A DNA stretch of 64,000 nucleotides. Source: Longimicrobiales bacterium. Its GTDB lineage: Bacteria > Gemmatimonadota > Gemmatimonadetes > Longimicrobiales > Gaopeijiaceae. The DNA is taken from positions 64,001 to 128,000 of the forward strand of contig CAXXKM010000001.1 in assembly GCA_963664435.2 (NCBI GenBank), written 5' to 3'. Below the pieces are notes generated by a model. That model was not told the DNA's origin, made no database searches, and saw only the letters and a list, made by a program, of their open reading frames with translations. How positions within the stretch are numbered: the stretch's first letter is position 1; each line of letters begins with the position of its first letter. The position numbers and the translations under genes are program-made. Shown piece by piece: positions 38,966-48,613 of the stretch.

Positions 38966-41575
38966 TCACCGCGTCTGCGGCGAGTTCATCTGCAGCGGGA
39001 TGATGTCCACGTTCCAGCGGTTGTCGTCCAGCAGGTGCTTCACGAAGTACTCCGCGCGCAGCCAGAACCAGTAGTCGCTCATGTCGCCGAAGCCGTGGCG
39101 CTGCCCCGGGAAGATGAAGAAGTCGAAGCGCTTGTTGGCGCGGATGAGCGCCTCCGCCATGCGGAAGGTGCCGGCGTGGTGGACGTTGTTGTCGTTGTCG
39201 CCGGTGGTGAGCAGGAGGTGGCCCTTGAGGTTGGCGGCGAGGTCGGAGTTGCGCTCGATGTCGTACTCGAAGCTGACGTTGCCCTCGTCGTCCACGACCT
39301 CCTTCACGCCGTGGTGGGTCTCCGACCAGGACCGGTTGTACACGTCGTTGTTGTGGTTGCCCGCCGATGACACCGCGACCTTGAAGAAGTCGGGATAAAC
39401 GAGCATGGCGGCGGTGGACATGAAGCCGCCCCCGGAATGTCCGTATATTCCCACTTTATCTATATTTATAAAGTCGTGGCGGTCGGCCAGCTGTTCGATG
39501 ACCGCCTTCTTGTCGGCCAGTCCATAGTCGCGCAGGTCGCCATATCCATAGTTATGGTACCACTTTGAACGGTCCGGATGCCCGCCCCGGTTCCCCATGG
39601 TCACCACGATCATGCCGAACTGCGCGAGCGCCTGCTCGTACGGATTGGCGGACCACGACTTCGACACAGACTCGGTCTGCGGTCCCGGGTAGACGTACGC
39701 CACAACAGGATACGTCTTCGAGGGATCGAAGTCGTAGGGCCTGTACATCACGCCGTAGATGTCGGTCACGCCATCCGCGGCTTCCACCTGGTACGGCTCC
39801 GGGAACTGGTAGCCGGCCGCTTCCAGGGCCCCGAAATCGGCCTCGCCCAGGTCCAGGATGCGCTGGCCGGAGGCGTCGAAGAGCCCGGACATGGGAGTCG
39901 TGTCCACGCGCGAGTAGTTGCTGACGAAGTATCGGTTCGACTCGCCCATCTCGGACTGGAAATCGAAGTTCCCCGGGTTCAGCAGCGTAAGCCCGGTCCC
40001 GTTCAGGCTCACCCGGTAGAGGTGCGCGTAGTAGGGATCCTCCCCTTCCTCCCGGCCCTGTCCGGTGAAGAAGACGAACCCGCGGGCCTCGTCGACGCCG
40101 ACGATGCCGTCCACGTGCCACGCGCCCTCGGTGAGCCGCTGCTTCACCTCCCCGTCGGGCCCGTACAGATACAGGTGCGCCCAGCCGTCCCGCTCCGACC
40201 ACCACAGCATGTCGCCGTTGTCGAGCATCTCGAGCGGGCGCGTCTCGATGTAGGTGTTCAGACTGTCCACGAAGAGCATGCGCGCGTCGCCGCTGCCGGC
40301 TTCCGCAACCATGACGGCGGCCCGATGCCGGTCCCGGCTCAGGCGCACGAAGTAGAGCTCCTCGGAATCGTCCGAGATCCAGAGCGAACGGTCCGGCTCC
40401 TCGGAGTCCGGGTAGTCGAACTGGCGCTGCGTGGTGATGCGAACATCCTCGTCTTTCCACGGCTCATGCGCCACGGTGACCTGCTCCCGTGACTCCAGAT
40501 CGTAGACGACGATCTCCTCCTGCGTGACCGACTCCTCGCCGGCCATCTCGTAAGAGTAGGTCTCGAGCTCCGGCCGGGCATTGCCCTTCCCCACCACGTG
40601 CACCACCCAGAGCTCGCCCACCTCGCGGTTGTCGCGCCGGACCAGCGCGAAGCGGCGCGAGTCCTTCGCCCACGAGATCGACGCCGCCTTGCGGTCGTCC
40701 TTCTCCTCCTCGAGGGTGACGTTGGTCTCGCCGCGCCCGGTGTAGTTGGCCTCGTATGTGTAGTACTTCTCGCCATCGGTGGTGAGCTGGGTCTCGGTGA
40801 CCTCGACGTCGTCCTCGGCGTCGTCGGCTTCGTCCCCTGATTTGCCCCTGCGCGCCTCCAGGATCTGCTGGTAGTCGGCGCCGCTCATCATGTACAGGTT
40901 GTGATTGCGGGCGAAGACCACGGTCTGGCCGTCCGGCGACACGCTCGCCCAGGCGGGATGGTTGTCGGGGGCCTCGTAGTCCTCGAGCTCCCGCAGGGTC
41001 CGGGTCGAGACCGTGTACTCGAAGTGATGAACCCGCTTGCGGGTCGAGCTCCCGAAGTCGTCCTCCTCCTCGTCCTGGTCCTCCTCGGTCTCCTCCTCGT
41101 CCTCCATCTCCTCGTCCTGGGAGGATTCCACCTCGAAGTGGAGGATGTTGTCGCTGATGAAGCGGATGTTGCGGATGGGCAGATGCTGCCCGTCCCAAGG
41201 GTCCCGGGTGATGCGCGTCAATTCCGCGGCGATTCGATCGTTGTCGAAGAGGAGCGTGCGCGAGCCCGCGCCCGGATCGACGATGTAGTAGAACGTGCCG
41301 TCGGCGTTCTCCCACTCGTACCAGAACCTGTCGCTGCCCTCGATCCACTGCGGATCGACCGACGTGGAGTGCACCATCTCGCGGATGCGATAAGGCGCGA
41401 AGCGGGCGGCGAGATCGTAGTTTGCCGGTCCGGCCCGGGCATCCGACTCCTGCGGCGCCGGGGCGGGAGCCGCGTCGGCGGGAGCCGGGGCGAGCGCGAT
41501 GAGCACGAGGAGGGGCGAAAGCGCACGCTGCACGGGCGAAATCGGACGGGAGAGAAACCTGGCGATGGCGTTCAT
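38966..41575 (-). CDS. Secreted S9B dipeptidyl-peptidase IV-like peptidase
   Basis: WSERDGWAHLY, YVYPGPQ, IYGHSGGG, LLTTGDNDNNVH, PGQRHG. Confidence 0.92.
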   Translation of the reverse strand: MNAIARFLSRPISPVQRALSPLLVLIALAPAPADAAPAPAPQESDARAGPANYDLAARFAPYRIREMVHSTSVDPQWIEGSDRFWYEWENADGTFYYIVDPGAGSRTLLFDNDRIAAELTRITRDPWDGQHLPIRNIRFISDNILHFEVESSQDEEMEDEEETEEDQDEEEDDFGSSTRKRVHHFEYTVSTRTLRELEDYEAPDNHPAWASVSPDGQTVVFARNHNLYMMSGADYQQILEARRGKSGDEADDAEDDVEVTETQLTTDGEKYYTYEANYTGRGETNVTLEEEKDDRKAASISWAKDSRRFALVRRDNREVGELWVVHVVGKGNARPELETYSYEMAGEESVTQEEIVVYDLESREQVTVAHEPWKDEDVRITTQRQFDYPDSEEPDRSLWISDDSEELYFVRLSRDRHRAAVMVAEAGSGDARMLFVDSLNTYIETRPLEMLDNGDMLWWSERDGWAHLYLYGPDGEVKQRLTEGAWHVDGIVGVDEARGFVFFTGQGREEGEDPYYAHLYRVSLNGTGLTLLNPGNFDFQSEMGESNRYFVSNYSRVDTTPMSGLFDASGQRILDLGEADFGALEAAGYQFPEPYQVEAADGVTDIYGVMYRPYDFDPSKTYPVVAYVYPGPQTESVSKSWSANPYEQALAQFGMIVVTMGNRGGHPDRSKWYHNYGYGDLRDYGLADKKAVIEQLADRHDFINIDKVGIYGHSGGGFMSTAAMLVYPDFFKVAVSSAGNHNNDVYNRSWSETHHGVKEVVDDEGNVSFEYDIERNSDLAANLKGHLLLTTGDNDNNVHHAGTFRMAEALIRANKRFDFFIFPGQRHGFGDMSDYWFWLRAEYFVKHLLDDNRWNVDIIPLQMNSPQTR

Positions 41576-41800
41576 GGTAGGGCTCTGTTCGGATGGAGGG
41601 ACGACGCGGGAACTCCCGGGACGGTTGTGCACAAGTGAATCCGTCGCCGAAAGCCGGGCAAGAGCGTCAGGGCTCACCCTGGTGAACCGGGAACGACCCG
41701 TCGGGGAACCATCCCGCGGGTTAACGCGATAAACGATTCTCGCGCGGGTGCTTCTAACCGCGGCGCCGGCGCCGGATTCCCTCGAACGGGGCGGAAGGGC

Positions 41801-42133
41801 ATGGAACCGGAGATCCTGATCCTGCTGGTATCCCTCTTCGTCACCGGCGGCATGATCGGCGCGGCCGGCATCCTCCTCGCCCAGTTCTTCATGCGCCGCA
41901 TCCCCGGCGTGAGCGCGACAGGCGCCCCGACGCGCGCCGAGCTGGAGGGAATCCGCCGCGACGTCACCGAGATCGCCTACCACCTCGGGTCCGTGGAGGA
42001 GCGCCTCGACTTCGCCGAACAGCTGCTGGGCGGCGCGACCCCGACCGAGGTGCCGAAAGCCGTGGCGAAGAAGGCGGAGGGTATCGTGGGCGCGTCCCGC
42101 GGCTCCGGAGGTGGCGGCGCCCCCGCGGGTTGA
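41801..42133 (+). CDS. Small single-TM plus coiled-coil protein
   Basis: N-terminal TM helix, then ELEGIRRDV...VEERLDFAEQLL. Confidence 0.75.
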   Translation: MEPEILILLVSLFVTGGMIGAAGILLAQFFMRRIPGVSATGAPTRAELEGIRRDVTEIAYHLGSVEERLDFAEQLLGGATPTEVPKAVAKKAEGIVGASRGSGGGGAPAG

Positions 42134-42224
42134 TGCACTTTGCGGGCGGGACGTACGGCAACGAGCCCTCGCGCGCGCCGTCCTTCCCTTCCGCCGCATC
42201 CGCCACCCTCGAACCCGGACGCCC

Positions 42225-44393
42225 ATGCGCCATCCCAGCCACTCCACCGTCCCCCGCCCCATCGCTCCCCACACGCCGGCCGCGCTGATGTTCGCGGCCG
42301 TGCTCGTCTCGGCCACGCCCGCCCCGTCCCAGGAGCCCTCCGCCACCGGCTTCACGGAGGCCCGGGCCGCCCGGCAGCTCGTGTGCGAGGCGCGCTTTCT
42401 GGAGCTGCCGGGCAGCGACTCGTTCCGCGAGCATCTGCGCACCATCACCGCGAACCCGCATCCCGCCGGCTCGGAGGCGCAGCAGCGCGTCGGCGAGTAC
42501 CTGGCGCAGGCAATGGAGCGCGCGGGCCTGGCAGTCGAGCGCCATCCGTACGACGTGTACCTGCCCGAGCTCACCGACGACGTGGAGGTGCATATCGTCA
42601 CCCCCGTGTCCATGCAGCTCTCGAACCGCGAACCCGCGCTCCCCGCGGACCGCTTCTCGGGCCACCCCGACCTCCTCAACGGGTGGAATGCCTACTCGGG
42701 ATCCGGCGACGTGACGGCCGAGGTGGTCTATGCCAACTACGGGCGGCGCGAGGACTACCTTGCGCTCGACTCCATGGGCGTGTCGGTGGCCGGCAAGGTC
42801 GTCATCGCACGCTACGGCGGGAACTTCCGCGGCTACAAGGTGAAGTTCGCCGAAGAGCGGGGGGCGGTGGGCGTGATCATGTTCAACGACCCCGGCTTTT
42901 CCGGTCTCGACGCGTATCCGGACGGCCCGATGATGAACGGGCAGACCATCCAGCGGGGTTCGGTGCTTACCCTTCCCTGGACGGGCGACCCGCTCACCCC
43001 CTTCGTTCCGGCGCTGCCCCTGGACGGCGACATCCAGGTGGAGCGCCTCGACCCGTCGGAGGTGCCGCTGCACACCATCCCCGTGCTCCCCGTCGGCTAC
43101 GAGGCGGCGACCCGGATCCTGTCGCGCATGACCGGCCGCGGCACCCCACCCGGGTGGAGCGCCGCGATGGAGCTGGACTACCGCGTGACCGGAGGACCGG
43201 ATCTCACCGTGCGCGTGCGCGTCAACCAGCCGCGCAGGCTGACCCGCGCGACCAACGTGGTCGGCACGCTGCGCGGGAGTGAGTTCCCCGACGAGTGGTT
43301 CATTCTGGGCGCGCATTACGACCCCTGGGGATTCGGCGCGATCGATCCCAACGGCGGCACCGCCATGCTGCTCACCCTGGCGGAGGCGCTCGGCGAACTG
43401 GCCCGGGACGAGGCGTGCCGACCCCGGCGCTCGATCATGATCGCCCACTGGGACGCGGAGGAGTACGGCATCATCGGCTCGACCGAGTGGGTGGAGCACT
43501 TCCGCGAGGAGCTCGAGGCGAACGCGATCGCGTACATCAACGCCGACGCGGCGGTGTCGGGGGCGCAGTTCGGTGCGTCCTCGTCGCCCTCGCTCAAGGG
43601 ACCGATTATCGAGGCGGTGGGCCGCGTGGCCTATCCGGGCGCGGACGGCACCATCCTCGACCGGTGGCTGGAGAGCACCGCGGCCGGGACGGAGGAGCCG
43701 GCGATGGGCAACCTGGGCGGCGGGTCGGATCACGTGGGCTTCTACACGCACGCCGGCGTGCCGTCAGGGGCACTCTCGTCGGGTAATCCCGGCGGAGTCT
43801 ACCACTCCAACTACGACAACTTTGCCTGGTACGAGCAGTTCGGAGACACCGCCTTCGTCTACGGACCGATGATCGCGCGCGCCGACGGCATCCTCGCGCT
43901 GCGTTTCGCCAACGCCGATGTGCTCCCGTACGACGTGGCCCGCTACGCCTCCGACACGCGCACCCACCTGGGCACCCTGTACGACGTGGCCGGGGCGCGA
44001 GGACTGCGCGTGGACTTCTCCGCCCTTGCGGAGTCGACCCGCGAGCTGGACGAGGCCGCCGCCGAACTCGTGGCCGCGCGCGACCTCTGGATCGCGTCGG
44101 GGGACGTCGACCCGGCCACCGCCGAGGCCGTGAACCGGGCGCTGATCGGGTTGGAGAAGGCGTGGCTGAACGACCGCGGGCTCCAGGGGCGGCCGTGGAG
44201 CCGTTCGATCTACGTCTCGCCCGACCCCTTCAGCGGGTACGCGTCGTGGATGCTGCCGGGGCTGCGCTACGAGCTGGAGACCGACGACCGGGCCGACATT
44301 CCGGGATGGGAGCGGGTGTACGTGGCGGCGGTGCGGGATCTGGCCACGCGCATGCGGGAGGTCGCGGCGATGATCGAGCGAGCGGGCGCGTAG
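42225..44393 (+). CDS. M28 glutamate carboxypeptidase II-like peptidase (PA and transferrin-receptor dimerisation domains)
   Basis: PHPAGS, YSGSGDVTAEVVYANYG, IQRGSV, GAHYD, GAIDPNGG, WDAEEYG, GGGSDH, YHSNYD. Confidence 0.92.
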   Translation: MRHPSHSTVPRPIAPHTPAALMFAAVLVSATPAPSQEPSATGFTEARAARQLVCEARFLELPGSDSFREHLRTITANPHPAGSEAQQRVGEYLAQAMERAGLAVERHPYDVYLPELTDDVEVHIVTPVSMQLSNREPALPADRFSGHPDLLNGWNAYSGSGDVTAEVVYANYGRREDYLALDSMGVSVAGKVVIARYGGNFRGYKVKFAEERGAVGVIMFNDPGFSGLDAYPDGPMMNGQTIQRGSVLTLPWTGDPLTPFVPALPLDGDIQVERLDPSEVPLHTIPVLPVGYEAATRILSRMTGRGTPPGWSAAMELDYRVTGGPDLTVRVRVNQPRRLTRATNVVGTLRGSEFPDEWFILGAHYDPWGFGAIDPNGGTAMLLTLAEALGELARDEACRPRRSIMIAHWDAEEYGIIGSTEWVEHFREELEANAIAYINADAAVSGAQFGASSSPSLKGPIIEAVGRVAYPGADGTILDRWLESTAAGTEEPAMGNLGGGSDHVGFYTHAGVPSGALSSGNPGGVYHSNYDNFAWYEQFGDTAFVYGPMIARADGILALRFANADVLPYDVARYASDTRTHLGTLYDVAGARGLRVDFSALAESTRELDEAAAELVAARDLWIASGDVDPATAEAVNRALIGLEKAWLNDRGLQGRPWSRSIYVSPDPFSGYASWMLPGLRYELETDDRADIPGWERVYVAAVRDLATRMREVAAMIERAGA

Positions 44394-44405
44394 TGGCCGC
44401 GGCGG

Positions 44406-44463
44406 GGCATGGGACGAGGTCTCATGCCGGATAGTATCATGGGCCGTGATCCCGTAGTACTAT
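44406..44463. repeat. Two adjacent imperfect hairpins between convergent genes
   Basis: GGCATGGGAC-GAG-GTCTCATGCC and ATAGTA.TC.ATGGG-N7-CCCGT.AG.TACTAT. Confidence 0.5.
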
Positions 44464-44499
44464 GCGCGCCGGTCTTGATCACCTCAGCATCGCGCCCAA

Positions 44500-45507
44500 C
44501 TACCGCCTCCTCCGCGCGCGCCGCTCGGCCGCCATTTCCACCAGGCGGCGCAGCTCCGCGATGGGCTCCTCGTGGTCGTCCACCTGCAGGCGCAGCACCA
44601 CGTCGTTGTTGAGCCAGACGCCGCCGTCCTCCTTGACGATCAGCAGGGCGGCGGACTGCATGCCGCGGGTGTCCCCGCCAGCCGCCTGACCGGCCTCGAG
44701 GGCCGCCACCAGCCGCTGGGACAGGTGGCCGGAGGTGTTCTCGAAGGCGGTCACCATGTCTTCGACCACCGCCGGGCCGGCGAGGATGTTGCCCTGCGCG
44801 GAGGTGTAGCGGCCGATGCGGTGCCCCGCCCAGTCGCTGGCGCGCGGGCCGGTGTGAGTCGCCACTTCGCCGCGCGCGTTCATGACCGAGAACTGGCGGC
44901 CCTCGATGCTCCACCGTTCCGGGTCGGGATTCGGGTCGGCGGCCAGGACGCGCTCCACCACCTCGGCGGGCGAGTGGCCTTCGCGCAGGAGCGCGAGCGC
45001 CTGCGGGCCGTAGCTCACGTCGACCACGGCCTGGGTGGCGACCACCCCCACCCCGGCCTCTCCCCAGATGACGCCGTTGCCCACGCTGAACACCCGCGAC
45101 TGGACGGCGACGCCGACCTCCCCGGTCTCGGGGTCGTACCCGACGATGGAGAAGGTCCCGACCGTGTCCCAGGGGGCCGGGAGGGTGACGGCGGCGGGCT
45201 CCCTGACGTACACCGGGTCGGTTGCACCTCTGCCAAGGATGTAGCGCCCATCGGGATGAATCCGGACGAGCGTATGACCGCCATACTGATATGCGATGAC
45301 CATGTCCTGGGCGGCCGCCTGCGCGCTCAGCCTGGCGAGGGTCGGTCCATGCTGCGCCCGGATCCGACCCGCATCCGCAGGGCTTACCGCCACGGCCTTC
45401 TCGACCAGCCAGGTGGTCGTGTCCTCGGGCGCTGGAGTCGTCGCACAGCCCCCGAGCACCACCGCCAGGACGAACGCCAAGCCAAGTATCCTGCTGCTGC
45501 ATTTCAT
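44500..45507 (-). CDS. DUF1028 (Ntn-hydrolase-like) lipoprotein
   Basis: VLGGC lipobox, TFSIVGYDPETGEVGVAVQS, VATQA, QGNIL, AGGDTRGMQSAAL, LQVDDHEEPIAELRRL. Confidence 0.88.
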   Translation of the reverse strand: MKCSSRILGLAFVLAVVLGGCATTPAPEDTTTWLVEKAVAVSPADAGRIRAQHGPTLARLSAQAAAQDMVIAYQYGGHTLVRIHPDGRYILGRGATDPVYVREPAAVTLPAPWDTVGTFSIVGYDPETGEVGVAVQSRVFSVGNGVIWGEAGVGVVATQAVVDVSYGPQALALLREGHSPAEVVERVLAADPNPDPERWSIEGRQFSVMNARGEVATHTGPRASDWAGHRIGRYTSAQGNILAGPAVVEDMVTAFENTSGHLSQRLVAALEAGQAAGGDTRGMQSAALLIVKEDGGVWLNNDVVLRLQVDDHEEPIAELRRLVEMAAERRARRRR

Positions 45508-45857
45508 TTGCCTGCGCCCTCCGCGTCTCGCCGGTCACTCGTGTGCGCCATCATTCGATTCCCCTCTCGATGATGGACCGCACCATCTGCACGGTGGGAA
45601 CTTCGCGCGGCGACAGCGTCTCCGCCAGAACGCCCAAGGTGGCTTCCGCAGCACCCGGACGCCTGTGGGCACAGGTACGTTGCCGCGAACTGGTCCGGTC
45701 CCGCCCACACTTGCCCTGGAGGATCGCTCGAGGGCACAGTCGGGCTTCCCTTTTCGGCGCATGCGCGTCGCCGCATTATCCATCCCGTAATCCTGGGCGG
45801 AGATGCGGCTTCCGGATCCACGAAGACCCGGCCCCAAGGACAAGGACTGCAAACAAG

Positions 45858-47081
45858 ATGACCCTTCGCAGAGCAGACATGACGATGGCGATGTTCCTGA
45901 TCCCCGCACTGTCGGCGTGCGCTCCGGAGGGCGGCGGAGGCGCCGCCGCGGGCGATGTCCTCGACTTCGAAGCCCTATCGGCGAACCTCCTTGCGCGGAT
46001 GGACCTGCAGCCCGGTGAACGAGTCCTGCTGGTCGGGGAGGGCGGCGGCCGCTGGGACGCGATCGTGCCGCTGCTGCGCGCGGGCGTCAGGGCGGCCGGC
46101 GGGGTGGATCTGGGTGCGGTGGATGTGCGTGGTGCGGTGCTCGGGGCGGGTGAGCCAGGGGCGGGGGCGGACGCGGCCGCAGGTGGGCCCGCGCAGTTCG
46201 CGGCTTCTCTGGGCACCGCGCCGGAGGGGTGGGCGGAGCCGCTCGCAACGATCGATGTCGCGGTCAAGCTCCCGGGCGCCGCCGCGGACCCGGCGCTGGA
46301 CAACGACGTCTACCGCGCGCTGCAGGACGTGCTGCGGGGCGGCCGGGGGCGGACCGTTCACTTCCACTGGGCCGGCGCCACCTCGTTCGAGATGGAGGAG
46401 CTTGCCGTCGACGACCGGGTGGATCGCCTCTACCAGACCGCGGTGCTGGACACCGACTACGCCGCCCTCGCCGACACGCTCAGGGCCTTCGAGGCGGCGC
46501 TGAAGAGCGGGCCGGTGCGGGTGACGACGCCTGCCGGGACCGACCTCACCTTCCTCGTGGACGACGGACCGGTGACGCGCCAGGATGGGGATGCGTCGGC
46601 TGCGCGCGCGGACCTTGCGCGCAACCTGATCGATCGCGAGGTGGAGCTGCCGGCGGGAGCGGCAAGGGTCCTGCCGGTGCTGGAGTCGGTCGTGGGACGG
46701 ATCGCCTTCCCGCCCGCGCAGTGGGGCGGTGAACGCGCGGAGGGGGTGGTGCTGCACTTCGAGGGGGGCCGTGTGGTGGAGGTGGAGGCCGACGCCGGGC
46801 ATGATGGGGTGGTGCGCGAGATCGAAGAAGCCGGGGCAGGCCGGATTTTCCGCGAGCTGGGAGTGGGGTTCAACCCACTGCTCGCGATTCCCGAAGGCGA
46901 GGCGTGGATCCCGTACTACGGCTACGGGGACGCCGTGGTGAGGCTGTCGCTGGGTGACAACACCGAGCTGGGCGGGTCGGTCGGGGGCGGCTACGTGCGC
47001 TGGAACTTCTTCCCGGACGCGACCGTGACCGTGGGGGGCGAGGTCTGGGTGGAGGGTGGGAGGCTGGCGGAGGGGCGCTAG
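45858..47081 (+). CDS. M29/aminopeptidase T-fold lipoprotein with divergent metal ligands
   Basis: LSAC lipobox, VTTPAGTDL, ELPAG, RELGVGFNP, LSLGDN.ELGG, DATVTV. Confidence 0.7.
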   Translation: MTLRRADMTMAMFLIPALSACAPEGGGGAAAGDVLDFEALSANLLARMDLQPGERVLLVGEGGGRWDAIVPLLRAGVRAAGGVDLGAVDVRGAVLGAGEPGAGADAAAGGPAQFAASLGTAPEGWAEPLATIDVAVKLPGAAADPALDNDVYRALQDVLRGGRGRTVHFHWAGATSFEMEELAVDDRVDRLYQTAVLDTDYAALADTLRAFEAALKSGPVRVTTPAGTDLTFLVDDGPVTRQDGDASAARADLARNLIDREVELPAGAARVLPVLESVVGRIAFPPAQWGGERAEGVVLHFEGGRVVEVEADAGHDGVVREIEEAGAGRIFRELGVGFNPLLAIPEGEAWIPYYGYGDAVVRLSLGDNTELGGSVGGGYVRWNFFPDATVTVGGEVWVEGGRLAEGR

Positions 47082-47126
47082 AGTGTCACTTCAGCGCTCG
47101 GCACTCACGAAAGAAAGCCGTCGTCC

Positions 47127-47420
47127 TTACCACGCCCCGGGCTTTCGGATGTTTGTGCCCGGAATGGGATCGGGCAGCTGAGAGTTCGCCAACGCACTGG
47201 GCCGGATATGTCTCGAGAAGTCCGCATGCGCTCTGAGTTGCTGCGATGATCTGCCAGTTCCAGGTGTCAGAAGGCCGATTCGTATGCCGCCCACCGGTCG
47301 TTTCAGGGGCGCCCAGACCGCGTGGCTTAACAGCGCTGGGAGGTCAAGCCACTTCCAAGAGCTTCTCTTGAGCGCGCCGTAGTAAAGGTTGAAGCCGTCC
47401 ACGTAGACGAAGGTACGCAT
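47127..47420 (-). pseudogene. Internally deleted NYN (LabA/DUF88, PIN-fold) nuclease
   Basis: N-terminal MRTFVYVDGFNLYYG..K...KWLDL and C-terminal SQLPDPIP...IRKP.AW are present; the central EK..DV and SxDSD acidic motifs are absent; 97 aa; lower GC. Confidence 0.75.
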
Positions 47421-47433
47421 CGACACCTGCCGC

Positions 47434-47487
47434 AAAAAGCAAGGGCCTCCGAGGAGGCCCCGCGCCCTGCGGTCGAAACCGCAAGGG
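47434..47487 (-). promoter_or_regulatory. Structured leader: UUCG hairpin followed by an intrinsic terminator, immediately 5' of the NYN gene
   Basis: Minus strand: CCC-T-TGCGGT-TTCG-ACCGCA-GGG, then GGGCCTC-CTCG-GAGGCCC-TTGCTTTTT, 13 nt before the ATG. Confidence 0.65.
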
Positions 47488-47507
47488 GTATCACTAGTAG
47501 CCTGCCC

Positions 47508-48422
47508 CTACGCCTCCGCCGCGCGCGTCTCGCTCGCGTGCAGGAAGTTCGTGAAGCCCTCGTCGTAGTCCGACAGTCCGTTCTGGCCGGTGAGCTTCAT
47601 GCGCTCGTCGTAGAGGCGGCGCATCAGATTCGCCAACGTGCCCTGGGCGGGGCCATCCTCGGGATGCAGCGCCAGGAAGTCGTCCCGCAGCTCCTCGCGT
47701 AGCCCGCCCTCCTCGACCATGGTCCGGTACCGCCCCGGATCGCGGTCCGCCAGCACCCAGAGGTTGCGGTGGAGCCGCTCGCAGCGCGCCGACTGCACCA
47801 GCACCGGCTCGCCCGAGCCGACCATCGACAGGTAGCCCAGGGCCTGCGCGTGCAGTTCCTTCAGGTATCCCTTCCGGTGCGAGAACTCGTGCGCGATGAT
47901 GTGCGGCTCGAAGACCCCCGCGTCCCGCAGGATCGACACGTCTCCCGAAAAGATGTCGCAGGTGCCGAGAGCGAAGGGGAAGACGAGGCCGGCGAGGGTG
48001 AACTGACGTATTTCCGAGCTGGTTTCGACCCGCTGGCCGGTGATGTCGGCGATGAAGTCGGTCAGGTGCCGGTTGACCAGGCGGGCGAGTTCCGCGCGCG
48101 GGATGCGCTCGGGGGTGTATTCTTCGCTCACGAGCTCGACCAGCCAGCGGACCTCTCCGTCGCGCTCGGCCACGGACATCGGCGTGAGCTTGTGCACGTC
48201 CGCGCCGAAGGTGTCCAGGAAGTCGATCGCGCGCACGTTGCGCCGGGCGAACCAGTCGACCGCCACGCTGCCCGCGTAGGCGCCCAGGGCCACGGCCTGG
48301 AGTGCGCGGCCGGGAGGCGTCGCGCCGAGCAGGATGCGCGAAGCGAGCGGCGCCGCGACCATCAGGTCGGTCAGCGAGATGGGCGAGTAGGTCGCCTGAT
48401 TGGGGATGCGGACGGTTTCCAT
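47508..48422 (-). CDS. DUF3810-like zinc metallopeptidase
   Basis: PHIIAHEFSHRKGYLKE (HExxH...E), QALGYL. Confidence 0.75.
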   Translation of the reverse strand: METVRIPNQATYSPISLTDLMVAAPLASRILLGATPPGRALQAVALGAYAGSVAVDWFARRNVRAIDFLDTFGADVHKLTPMSVAERDGEVRWLVELVSEEYTPERIPRAELARLVNRHLTDFIADITGQRVETSSEIRQFTLAGLVFPFALGTCDIFSGDVSILRDAGVFEPHIIAHEFSHRKGYLKELHAQALGYLSMVGSGEPVLVQSARCERLHRNLWVLADRDPGRYRTMVEEGGLREELRDDFLALHPEDGPAQGTLANLMRRLYDERMKLTGQNGLSDYDEGFTNFLHASETRAAEA

Positions 48423-48427
48423 GAGCC

Positions 48428-48545
48428 TTCCCGGGGTTGCAACATCGTTCCCGGCGCAACGGCGGTCGTTCCCGCGCGCCGACGGGCTTCCCGGTGCAAC
48501 GGCAGCCTGCTCGGCGCAACGGTATGCCTGTCCGGAGTAACGGCC
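48428..48545. repeat. Degenerate ~20-bp tandem array in the divergent DUF3810-metH region
   Basis: Units TTCCCGGxGCAACGG start at 48428, 48448, 48469, 48488, 48508, 48529. Confidence 0.6.
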
Positions 48546-48613
48546 GCGGAACCCGAAAGTTCCTGACGGCCGGACGCTTCCCGGCTGTTCGGACCGGACG
48601 CGCCTCCGGTTAG

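Noticed and set aside
39453..39474. Possible dif (XerCD) site or oriC unwinding element
   Set aside because: Geometry is 7-8-7 rather than 11-6-11, there is no TTATGTTAAA-like XerD arm, and I saw no DnaA-box cluster.
41576..42679. N-terminal extension of the 1237-aa ORF
   Set aside because: Overlaps two real plus-strand genes; the signal peptide begins at MNAIARF (41575).
45508..45857. Structured ncRNA in the divergent intergenic region
   Set aside because: Only weak hairpins of the kind expected by chance at this GC content.
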